Source: an uncultured delta proteobacterium (GTDB taxonomy: Bacteria > Myxococcota_A > Polyangia > Polyangiales > JADJMO01). From it: DNA of 48,732 bases. The DNA lies in NCBI GenBank assembly GCA_903923175.1, contig CAIXWQ010000822.1, positions 1 to 48,732 on the forward strand, in the 5' to 3' direction. Positions 1 to 8,150 of this stretch are shown here, one piece after another. The stretch's first letter is position 1, and every line of letters begins with the position of its first letter. The notes below the pieces were generated by a model that searched no databases, was not told the DNA's origin, and saw only the letters and a program-made list of their open reading frames with translations. A program made the translations under genes and the position numbers.

Positions 1-457
1 CCGCGGCGGGCGGCGGCGGCGCGGGCGGCGGCGCCATCGGCGCCGGCGAGGCCGCGCCGTACCCGCCGAACGGCGGGATGATCCGCGACAGCCCGCTCGC
101 CAGTCCGCCCGCGAGCCCACCGAAGGGCGCGAGCTGCGTCAGCGCGCCCGCGCCGCTGCGCACCTGCAGGTAGACCTCGAGCGCCCAGGTGACGTAGCGC
201 CCGAAGAACTCGGCGAGGGCGTCGTCGCCGAGCCGCACGAGCTGCACCAGCAGCGGCAGCGGCAGCAGCTTGCCGGCGCCGCGCCCCTCCAGGAGGATCT
301 GCGCGATCGTCGCGTGGGTCAGGTCCTCGTTCGTCTTCGCGTCGACCACGCGCACGTCGGCGCCCCGACGGAGCGAGTCCGCGAGCTCCTCGAGCGTGAT
401 GTAGCGGCTCTCCTCGGTGTCGTAGAGGCGGCGGTTGCCGTACTTCTTCACGAGCAT
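1..457 (-). CDS. phaR: PHA synthesis/accumulation regulator PhaR (partial, runs off the left end)
   Basis: Not in the ORF track. My minus-strand translation from ATG 457 reads MLVKKYGNRRLYDTEESRYITLEELADSLRRGADVRVVDAKTNEDLTHATIAQILLE..., which matches the KKYxNRRLYDT...S.YITL...V.DAKT.EDLT N-terminal DNA-binding domain of PhaR. It ends in a Pro-rich tail. Confidence 0.92.
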   Translation of the reverse strand, partial: MLVKKYGNRRLYDTEESRYITLEELADSLRRGADVRVVDAKTNEDLTHATIAQILLEGRGAGKLLPLPLLVQLVRLGDDALAEFFGRYVTWALEVYLQVRSGAGALTQLAPFGGLAGGLASGLSRIIPPFGGYGAASPAPMAPPPAPPPPAA

Positions 458-510
458 GGTGCGGTGCGAAGCATAGCGCCCAGGCCGCCCGGACGGAAAC
501 GATGCGCCGT

Positions 511-525
511 TGGTGCGCCGCAACA
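511..525. promoter_or_regulatory. Putative PhaR operator box 1 (TGGTGCGCCGCAACA)
   Basis: TGC-N3-GCA core with ACA flank, in the phaR/lipoprotein divergent intergenic region. It matches three other boxes in the window. Confidence 0.6.
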
Positions 526-577
526 ATCGTCGCCTTGACCGGGCTCGTTCTCCGCGTTAACTCGCTGAAACCCGCCG

Positions 578-592
578 TGGTGCGGCGCACAA
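578..592. promoter_or_regulatory. Putative PhaR operator box 2 (TGGTGCGGCGCACAA)
   Basis: Same consensus as boxes 1, 3 and 4, in the same intergenic region as box 1. Confidence 0.6.
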
Positions 593-808
593 AATAGGGG
601 GCGTGGCGATGTCGGGCCTGACGCGATCGGTTCGGACGAGGGCGAGGCGCGCGGCGGCGTGCGACGCGACCTCTTTCGCCCCGGGCACGCGTCTCGACCA
701 GCTCGGCGGTACCAGGACGGCGCGGATCGACGCGCACCTCGGTATCCTGGCGTCACGCTTCCTCGCCGTGTCGCTCCCTTCGTCCGCCGTCGCCTGAGAG
801 AAACCACC

Positions 809-1831
809 ATGCGTCGCACTTCATCGTCGTTCGTCGCGCAGCTCTCTCTGTTCTCGTCGCTGTCGCTGTCGCTGGCGGCGATCGGCGCGCTGGCGAGCGG
901 CTGCTCGGCCGGCAAGGAGTCCATCGTCGAGACCTGCAACCTCGGCTCGGACTGCGCCTCCGGGATCTGCAGCTCGGCGGGGGTCTGCGTCCCGCCGCCC
1001 GACGCGGCGATCGACACCGGCAGCACGGTCGACACCGGCTCGCCGGACACGGCGGTCGCCGATGCCCCGGCCGACGCCAAGGCCGACACGCAGGCGAGCG
1101 ACGCGCCGAGCACCACCTGCGTCCCCAACAACGACTTCGTGATCACGCCGCAGGAGCTGCCGCTCGGCCCGGGGCTGAAGGCGACGTACCGAACGGCGAC
1201 GACCGTCACCGTCGACACCACCGGCGCCGCGCAGGCCGACGGCACGCGCAAGTGGGACTTCTCCAAAGCGCTGGCGGGCGACACCGACGTGCTGCTCGTC
1301 ACCTCGTCCCCGACCGGAACCTGGTGGGCGAGCTCGTTCCCGACCGCGACCTACGCGGTGCCGCTCTCGAGCACCACCACCGTGCTCGGCGTCTTCAAGC
1401 TCGACGCGGCGGCGCTCTCGCTGCTCGGCGTGGTGTCGCCGACCGACACGACGCTCACCACGAAGACCAACATCGCCTACGGCACGCCGGTCCCCGTCAC
1501 GAAGTTCAACCTCGCGATGGGGAGCAAGTGGACCACGACCTCGCAGGTGACCGGCACCTACAACGGGGTCTCGCCCTACATCTACACGGAGAAATACGAC
1601 ATCTCCGTCGACGCGAAGGGGCAGCTGACGACCCCCTACGGCACCTTCCCGGTGCTGCGCGTGAGCACGCTGCTCACCAAGACGATCGGCCTCGTGGTCA
1701 CCTACACCCGGACGGCAGGCTACATGGCCGAGTGCTTCGGCACTGTCGCCTCGGCCGTCTCCAGCGCGGGCACGAGCGACCCCGGCGCCGAGTTCGCCAG
1801 CGCCGCCGAGCTCCGGAGGCTCGCGCCATGA
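809..1831 (+). CDS. Myxobacterial lipoprotein of unknown function (paralog of 4421-5287)
   Basis: ATG 809 follows GAGAG. Signal peptide with lipobox ALASGC, a short Cys-rich segment, an Asp/Thr/Ala linker and a beta-rich domain ending AECFG...AAELRRL, which is shared with 4421-5287. Confidence 0.8.
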   Translation: MRRTSSSFVAQLSLFSSLSLSLAAIGALASGCSAGKESIVETCNLGSDCASGICSSAGVCVPPPDAAIDTGSTVDTGSPDTAVADAPADAKADTQASDAPSTTCVPNNDFVITPQELPLGPGLKATYRTATTVTVDTTGAAQADGTRKWDFSKALAGDTDVLLVTSSPTGTWWASSFPTATYAVPLSSTTTVLGVFKLDAAALSLLGVVSPTDTTLTTKTNIAYGTPVPVTKFNLAMGSKWTTTSQVTGTYNGVSPYIYTEKYDISVDAKGQLTTPYGTFPVLRVSTLLTKTIGLVVTYTRTAGYMAECFGTVASAVSSAGTSDPGAEFASAAELRRLAP

Positions 1832-2806
1832 GCCGCCTCTCGGGCGCGTGCTCCACGATCGGCGCGGCGCTGATCGCGCTCGCCTCCTCGGGCTGCGCGA
1901 GCCTCGCCTTCCACCAGGGCGCGATGCCCGGCGAGCCGCCGAAGGCCACGTTCGCCGAGATCGACGGCGTGCGGGTTCGCTACGAGGACAAGGGCGAAGG
2001 GCCGCCGGTGGTGCTGGTCCACGGGTTCGCCTCGTCGCTCGAGAACTGGCTCACCGTCACGCCGACGCTCGCCAAGCACCACCGCGTGCTGTCGATGGAC
2101 CTCAAGGGGGTTCGGCTGGACCGATCGCCCCGAGGGGGACTACTCGCCGCCGGCGCAGGCCAAGCTCGTGCTCGCGCTGATGAAGCTGCGCGGCATCGAG
2201 CGCGCGGACGTCGTCGCGCACTCCTGGGGCGCGAGCATCGCGCTGCAGATGGCGATGCTCGAGCCCAAGCGCGTGAGCAAGCTCGCGCTCTACGACGCGT
2301 GGGTCTACGAGGAGCAGCTCCCCACGTTCTTCCTCTGGGCGCGCGCCGACGGCGTCGGCGAGTTCCTCTTCTCGACCTGGTACGAGGAGCGCGCCGACGA
2401 GCGCATCGCCTACGCCTTCTACGACAAGAAGAAGTGGCTGACCGAGCCCTTCATCGAGGCCGTGAGCCACATCTTCGATCGCCCCGGCACCGTCGCCGCG
2501 GCGCTCGCCGCCACGCGCGGTCAGCGCTTCTCGGAGTGGCAGGACAAGTACAAGACCATCCAGAACGAGGCGCTGCTCCTCTGGGGCCGCGAGGACGAGG
2601 TGACGCTGCTCTCGTTCGGCGAGCGGCTGCAGAAGGATCTCCCGCACGCCAAGCTGACCGTCTACCCGCTGTGCGGGCACTTCCCGATGATCGAGCAGGC
2701 CAGCGCCTCGACGGCCGATCTCGACGCCTACCTCGCCGCCTCGGCGCCGGTGACGGTGAACCCCGCCGACGCCGCGAAGAAATCCAAGAACGAGGAGGAG
2801 CCGTGA
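1828..2806 (+). pseudogene. Alpha/beta-fold hydrolase lipoprotein with a +1 frameshift at G5 run 2106-2110 (possibly a sequencing error)
   Basis: ATGA overlap with the upstream stop. The first frame gives lipobox LASSGC and GEGPPVVLVHGFASS...MDLKG. Removing one G restores DLKGFGWTDRPEGDYS and joins the frame holding AHSWG (Ser), GREDEV (Asp) and CGHFP (His). Confidence 0.85.
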
Positions 2807-4410
2807 GCGCGCGCTCGTCGATCCAGCGCCGCTTCGTCGCCGGCCTCTCCGCGTCGCTCGTCGGCCTCGTCGCGAGCCCGGCGCTCGCCACCGGCTTCTC
2901 CGACGCGGGGCAGGATCTCCACCCGCGCGACAAGACCGAGTTCGACGTCCACGGCTACTTCCGCACGCGCACCGAGGTCCTTTCGAACCTCGATCTCGAT
3001 CGCGGGCTCACCCCCTCGGGGCAGCCGCTCTTCCCGGTCCCCTCCGGCGGCGGGCAGAACTTCTTCTACGGCGACCTGCGCTTTCGCACCGACTTCGCGG
3101 CGTACGCCCTCGGCGGCGCCGTGGCGGTCAAGGCGCGCATCGACATGCTCGACGACGTGCCCATGGGCGGCAGCCCGCAGGGCGTGCCATCGGGGAGCAG
3201 CACGCAGGTCGCGGGCGGCGGCGGCGCCTTCCGCATCAAGCGCGCCTGGGGCGAGGCGCGCACGCCGATCGGCATCGTCGCGGCCGGCCGCATGGGCAAC
3301 GCGTGGGGGCTCGGCATGCTCGCCAACGGCGGCGACTGCCCCGACTGCGACAGCGGCGACGCGCAGGACCGCATCGCGTTCGTGACCGCGGTCGGCGGGC
3401 TGATCTGGGCCGCGGCCTACGACCTCTCGTGGATCGGCCCGACCGACTGGCGCAAGGACGGCGTCCGTCAGCTCGGCTGGGCGCCGTCGACCGACGTGCA
3501 CACCGTGACGTTCGCGGCGATGCGCTGGAACGACGACCTCGCGCACGAGCGCCGCAAGGCCGCCGGCAAGGCGACGGTGAACTACGGCGCGTACCTGTCG
3601 CACCGCTGGCAGACCGACGACGCGCCGTACGCGTACCTGCCGATCGCGGCCTCGGCGACGCCCGGCACCTCTCCGGTGATGGCGCGCGGCTTCACCGCGA
3701 CCGCGATCGACGGCTGGCTGCGGTTCGTCGCCCCCGGCATCCGCGTCGAGGTCGAGGGGGCCGTGCTCACCACCACCATCGCGCAGCCGTCGCTGCTGCC
3801 GGGCGTCAGCTCGAACCACGACGTCAAGGGGACGCAGATCGGCGTCGCGCTCGAGAGCGAATTCGGCGAGCCGACCGACGCGTTCTCGGGCGGCCTCGAC
3901 ATGGGCTTCGCGAGCGGCAACGACGCGCCGGGCTTCGGCGTGACGAGCGATCCGACCGCGCCGCTCGCCAAGAAGGGCGATCTCGACGGCATCCAGATCG
4001 ACCTGTCGAACCCGAACCAGCGCCGGGCCGACGCCTTCCGCTTCCACTCGGACTACCGCGTCGATCGCATCCTGTTCCGCGAGATCATCGGCACCGTCAC
4101 CGGCGCCGCCTACGTCCGCCCGCACGCGCGGTTCGATCTGTTCAAGGTCGGCACCGGCGCGCTGCGCGCGATGGTCGCCGCCATCGGCTCCTTCGCCGAC
4201 TACACGCAGAACGCGCCGGGGCAGAAGAAGCCCCTCGGGATCGAGATCGATCCGACGCTCGCCTACACGAGCCACGACGGCTTCGGCCTCGCGCTCGAGT
4301 ACGCGGTGCTCTTCCCGCTCGCCGGCCTCGACAACCCCTCGGTGGGGGCTGCGGGCCTCACGGCCAAGCCGGCGCAGCTCTTCCGGCTGCGCCTCGCGTA
4401 CGCGTTCTGA
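2803..4410 (+). CDS. TIGR04551-type Myxococcales outer-membrane beta-barrel protein
   Basis: GTG start overlaps the upstream stop (GTGA) after GAGGAG. Signal peptide, HGYFRTR, GRMGNAWGLGMLANGGDCPDCDSGD and FRFHSDYRVDRILFREIIGTV motifs, and an OMP-like C-terminus RLRLAYAF. Family assigned from memory of these motifs. Confidence 0.75.
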   Translation: MSARSSIQRRFVAGLSASLVGLVASPALATGFSDAGQDLHPRDKTEFDVHGYFRTRTEVLSNLDLDRGLTPSGQPLFPVPSGGGQNFFYGDLRFRTDFAAYALGGAVAVKARIDMLDDVPMGGSPQGVPSGSSTQVAGGGGAFRIKRAWGEARTPIGIVAAGRMGNAWGLGMLANGGDCPDCDSGDAQDRIAFVTAVGGLIWAAAYDLSWIGPTDWRKDGVRQLGWAPSTDVHTVTFAAMRWNDDLAHERRKAAGKATVNYGAYLSHRWQTDDAPYAYLPIAASATPGTSPVMARGFTATAIDGWLRFVAPGIRVEVEGAVLTTTIAQPSLLPGVSSNHDVKGTQIGVALESEFGEPTDAFSGGLDMGFASGNDAPGFGVTSDPTAPLAKKGDLDGIQIDLSNPNQRRADAFRFHSDYRVDRILFREIIGTVTGAAYVRPHARFDLFKVGTGALRAMVAAIGSFADYTQNAPGQKKPLGIEIDPTLAYTSHDGFGLALEYAVLFPLAGLDNPSVGAAGLTAKPAQLFRLRLAYAF

Positions 4411-4420
4411 GAGGTCGACG

Positions 4421-5287
4421 ATGCGGCTCCCCAAGCTCCACACGATCCTGTCACTGCTGCCGATCCTCGCGACGGCGCTCGCGCTCACGCAGGTGGGCTG
4501 TGGCACCAACGTCACCGCGGGCGGGCACGACGCCTACGTCGGCGGCGAGGTCGCGCCGCTGCAGTGCGCGCCCAACGTCGACGGCGTGCTCACGGCCAAC
4601 GAGCTGCTGACGGTGTTCGACACGCCGGTGAGCTACCTCGAGAACCCGGCCGGCAAGACCCGCACGGTCGACGTCGTCGGGGTGACCGCCAAGAACGGCG
4701 CGATCACCTGGGACTTCGGCGCCGACTACGCCGACGACGCCGCGCTCAGCGTGACGGTCACCACGCTCACCGGCAAGTGGTACGCGGCCTCGTTCCCCGG
4801 CGGGCAGTTCGTCACGCCGCAGGACGCCGCGCACACGCTCGAGGCCATCTATCGCCGCGACGACGCGGGGGTGTACCTGCTAGGCCTCGCCTCCACCGAC
4901 CCGGCGCCGAAAGAGGGGCAGACGCTGATCGTCTACGACGCCGGGATCGTGGTGGCGAAGTTCCCCATGTCGGCCGGCACGACCTGGGTCGCCAAGGGGA
5001 ACGTGATCAACGGCAAGATCCGTGGCCTCCAATACGCCGGCGCCGACATCTACGAGGTCACCGACGACGCCGTCGGGCGCGTGGTGCTCCACGACTTCAC
5101 GTTCGACGCCGTGCACCGCGTCCGCACGAAGGTCACCGTCTCGCCCTCGGCGGGGGCGACCGTCGTCACGCGGCAGGTCTCGTTCTTCGCCGAGTGTTTC
5201 GGCGAGATCACGCGCGTCGTCTCGCAGAACAACGAGCCGAACGCCGACTTCACCACCGCCGCGGAGCTGCGGCGGCTCGGCAAGTAG
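4421..5287 (+). CDS. Myxobacterial lipoprotein of unknown function (paralog of 809-1831)
   Basis: GAGG SD and lipobox LTQVGC. Shares C.PN.D.V.T..EL, WDF, W.A.SFP and FAECFG...F..AAELRRL with 809-1831. Confidence 0.82.
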   Translation: MRLPKLHTILSLLPILATALALTQVGCGTNVTAGGHDAYVGGEVAPLQCAPNVDGVLTANELLTVFDTPVSYLENPAGKTRTVDVVGVTAKNGAITWDFGADYADDAALSVTVTTLTGKWYAASFPGGQFVTPQDAAHTLEAIYRRDDAGVYLLGLASTDPAPKEGQTLIVYDAGIVVAKFPMSAGTTWVAKGNVINGKIRGLQYAGADIYEVTDDAVGRVVLHDFTFDAVHRVRTKVTVSPSAGATVVTRQVSFFAECFGEITRVVSQNNEPNADFTTAAELRRLGK

Positions 5288-5365
5288 CGACCTCTCTCTC
5301 GCGCGCCCGCGGAGCGCGCGGGGCTCACGCCCGCGCGCCCCGAGGTGACGCCGCCCCTCGGAGGA

Positions 5366-6391
5366 TCAGAGCTCGCCCCAGCGCACGACGCTGGCGGCCC
5401 ACGCGTAGCCGATGCCGGCGGCGATCATGCACACGACGGTGCCGGGCTTGATCTTCCCCGCCTCGAGCCCGAGGTGGAGCGAGAGCACCTGATCGATCTG
5501 GCCGATGTGGCCGTAGTCGCGCAGGTAGGTCGTCTGGTCCTCGCGCAGGCCGAGCTGCTCGAGCAGCGACTTGTGCATCGACGGCTTGAAGTGGAGCACC
5601 GCGAGGTAGCCGATGTCCTTGCGGGTCAGCTTCGACTTCTCGAGCGCGCGGTCGATGCACTGGAACCAGTTCGGCATCGAAACGTCGTTGAGCCGGTTCT
5701 TCATGTGCTCGGGGTCGAGCAGGTCGAGCGACTTGTAGGCCTGAGCGAGGTTCTCGCTGGTGATCGGGGCCACGGTGCCGCCGATGCGACAGCCGGCGTC
5801 GCGGGCGAGGCTGCCGTCGGTGATGACGTGGGTGCCGAGCAGCAGGTTCTTGCGGGCGCCGCGCTCGAGGATCACCGCGCAGGCGCCGGCCGCCAGGTTG
5901 AACATCATCGACATGGTCGAGTTCGAGAAGTCGACGTGGTCGCCGTTGCGGTAGCCGCCGACGACCATGATCGAGCGCACGTCGGGATCGGCGAGGAGCA
6001 TGTCCTTCGCCATCTTCATCGCCGCGAGGAGCGAGCAGCAGCGCTGCTGCACGTCGATCGCCCACGCGTTGCGGGCGCCGATGCGCTCCTGGATGTAGAT
6101 GCCCGAGGTGGTGAGCGGGTACTCCTTCCACTCCTCGCCGATGCACAAGATCACGTCGATCTTCATCGGGTCGTAGCCGGTGCGGGCCAGGCAATCGAGC
6201 CCGGCGCGCGCGCCCATCTCCTGCGTGCCGTCGTCGGGGCCGGGGATGCTCTTCTGGTCGAAGCCGAGCTTCTCCCGGATGGCCTTCTCGGTCCATTTGC
6301 CGCCCGTCGCCGCCGCGACCTCGGCGGCGCTGATCGTCGTCTTCGGGATGTAGAGGCCGTAGCCGACCAGGCCGACAGTGTTCTCGCTCAT
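5366..6391 (-). CDS. 3-oxoacyl-ACP synthase III (FabH/KAS III)-like protein, Cys-His-His type
   Basis: GYGLYIP N-terminus, DVQQRCCS catalytic Cys region, LHFKPS, YGHIGQID and AAGIGYAWAA C-terminus. Confidence 0.88.
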   Translation of the reverse strand: MSENTVGLVGYGLYIPKTTISAAEVAAATGGKWTEKAIREKLGFDQKSIPGPDDGTQEMGARAGLDCLARTGYDPMKIDVILCIGEEWKEYPLTTSGIYIQERIGARNAWAIDVQQRCCSLLAAMKMAKDMLLADPDVRSIMVVGGYRNGDHVDFSNSTMSMMFNLAAGACAVILERGARKNLLLGTHVITDGSLARDAGCRIGGTVAPITSENLAQAYKSLDLLDPEHMKNRLNDVSMPNWFQCIDRALEKSKLTRKDIGYLAVLHFKPSMHKSLLEQLGLREDQTTYLRDYGHIGQIDQVLSLHLGLEAGKIKPGTVVCMIAAGIGYAWAASVVRWGEL

Positions 6392-6557
6392 GTCCGTGCC
6401 CTCGCTGGTGCCCTGCGCGCGTCCCGGACTCCCACGCCACCGAGCGGCCGAGTCGCCGTCGCGGGGGGGCCGGAGGGGGCGCGTGGGCCGTCCTCCGACG
6501 AAGGTCGATGGGGTCGGCCCGGCCGATGCGCGCGCCAGCCATCTCTATCCATGGTTT

Positions 6558-6572
6558 TGTTGCAGTGCAACA
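6558..6572. promoter_or_regulatory. Putative PhaR operator box 3 (perfect palindrome TGTTGCA-G-TGCAACA)
   Basis: AT-rich perfect inverted repeat with a TGC-N3-GCA core, in the fabH-like/MFS divergent intergenic region. Confidence 0.7.
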
Positions 6573-6750
6573 TCAAATGAGCGGCGCGCCCTTTGGAGTC
6601 CGGGGCGTGGACACCTGAGACGTCGGCCCCTGGCGCGGGGTCACTCACCGTCATGACGCGCATATTTGTGCGTCAAACGCGCGATGCGTGCGCGCTCGCC
6701 CCGCGTCGGATTCCCATTGATCTCTCTCGCGAGCCTGGCAGAGTCCGCGC

Positions 6751-6765
6751 TTGTGCGGCGCAACA
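6751..6765. promoter_or_regulatory. Putative PhaR operator box 4 (TTGTGCGGCGCAACA)
   Basis: Same consensus, about 45 nt upstream of the MFS start. Confidence 0.6.
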
Positions 6766-6769
6766 CGCG

Positions 6770-6785
6770 CGGCACGAAATACGCA
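6770..6785 (+). promoter_or_regulatory. Possible sigma-54 -24/-12 promoter (CGGCACGAAATACGCA)
   Basis: GG-N10-GC spacing with a GGCACG -24 element, immediately after box 4. The -12 element lacks the usual TT. Confidence 0.3.
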
Positions 6786-6809
6786 ATCGCGGGCGCGGGA
6801 CTCGATTCC

Positions 6810-8078
6810 ATGGCGTTCAAGGCGAGCCACAAGGTCGGGCTGGCGCTCGTGCTTTGCTACTTGGTGGCGTGGCTCGATCGCATGGCCATCAGCATGACCA
6901 TCCCCTCGATCCAGAGGGAGCTCGGGGTGGGTGCGCGCGAGACGGGCTGGATGGTCAGCGCCTTCTTCCTCGGCTACGCGCTCTTCCAGATCCCGGGCGG
7001 CACGCTCGCCGATCGGATCGGCCCGCGCCGCGTGATCCTCGCCGCCCTGGCCTGGTGGTCCGTGTTCACGGCGCTCACCGGGCAGGTCGCGGGGCTCGCC
7101 TCGATGCTCGGCACGCGCTTCCTCTTCGGCATCGGCGAGGGGGTCTTCCCCGCCTCCGTCTGGAAGGTGCTCGGCAACTGGTTCACCAAGAAGAACCGGG
7201 CCACCGCGAACGCCCTCGTCATCTCCTCGATCGCGCTCGGCCCCGCGCTCACGCCGTGGGTGCTGCGCCCCATCCTCGCGCGCTGGGGTTGGCGCAGCTG
7301 CTTCCTCTTCCTCGGCGCCATGGGCGTCGTCTGCGTGCTCGTCGCCCACCGGTTCATCGCCAGCTCGATCCGCGAGGCGCGCGCGGTGCCGGCCGAGGAG
7401 CTCGCCGAGTACGAGGCCGACGAGCGCTCGCAGGCGGCCAACGCCGAGGGGACCATCCAGACCAGCAGCCTCGGCGGGCTGCTGCGCGTGCCGATCGTGT
7501 GGGTGCTGTTCCTGGTGGCCTTGGTCGCCAACGTCGCCATGTACGGCTGGCTGACCTGGCTCCCGACCTATCTCGAGAAGGTGCGCGGGCTCGATCTCAA
7601 GGGGATGACGGTGGGCGCCTCGCTGCCGTTCGTCTTCGGGACCATCGGCTGCGTGCTCGGCGGCTGGGTCTCCGACCGGTTCTTCCGCGGTCGCCGCAAG
7701 TACCTCATCGTCGCCTGCCTCGTGCTCGGCGGGCTCTGCCTGTTCGCGTTCACGCGCGTGCAGGACAAGACGATGTACATGGTCGCCCAGTGCGCGGCCG
7801 GCTTCCTGCTCTTCATGGGGTCGGCGGCCATCTGGGCGCTCCCCATGATCCTGCTGCCGACGCGCCTGATGGGCGCCGGCTCGGGCTTCATCAACACCGG
7901 CGGGCAGATCGGCGGCGTGCTCTCCGGCGTCCTCATCGGCGGGTACGTCTCGTACCGCGGTGAGAACTACGCCGCCGGCTTCGAGCTGATGCTGGGCGCG
8001 CTGGCCGTCGCCGCGCTGCTCGTGCTCGTCGGAATCCACGAGTCCGCGCTCCCGAGGAGCCCCGAGCCCGCGCGCTGA
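6810..8078 (+). CDS. MFS transporter (anion:cation symporter-like, organic acid)
   Basis: About 12 hydrophobic segments, WLDRMAIS, GGTLADRIGPRR (motif A), RFLFGIGEG and GGWVSDRFFRGRRK. Start chosen at ATG 6810. Confidence 0.92.
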   Translation: MAFKASHKVGLALVLCYLVAWLDRMAISMTIPSIQRELGVGARETGWMVSAFFLGYALFQIPGGTLADRIGPRRVILAALAWWSVFTALTGQVAGLASMLGTRFLFGIGEGVFPASVWKVLGNWFTKKNRATANALVISSIALGPALTPWVLRPILARWGWRSCFLFLGAMGVVCVLVAHRFIASSIREARAVPAEELAEYEADERSQAANAEGTIQTSSLGGLLRVPIVWVLFLVALVANVAMYGWLTWLPTYLEKVRGLDLKGMTVGASLPFVFGTIGCVLGGWVSDRFFRGRRKYLIVACLVLGGLCLFAFTRVQDKTMYMVAQCAAGFLLFMGSAAIWALPMILLPTRLMGAGSGFINTGGQIGGVLSGVLIGGYVSYRGENYAAGFELMLGALAVAALLVLVGIHESALPRSPEPAR

Positions 8079-8150
8079 TCGGCGGCCTCCTCGCTTCGAC
8101 TTCGCTCGTCCCCATCGGCGCCTCTCCGCGCCTCCCCAGGAGTCTCACCC

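Noticed and set aside
1252-4410. 1052-aa ORF as a hydrolase-barrel fusion protein
   Set aside because: It is a composite of off-frame sequence, the hydrolase N-terminus, Arg-rich off-frame residues after the G5 frameshift, and the barrel gene, which has its own SD, GTG start and signal peptide at 2803.
5314-5338. GC hairpin between convergent genes as a terminator
   Set aside because: The 9-bp all-GC stem has no U-tract on either strand and is expected by chance at this GC content.
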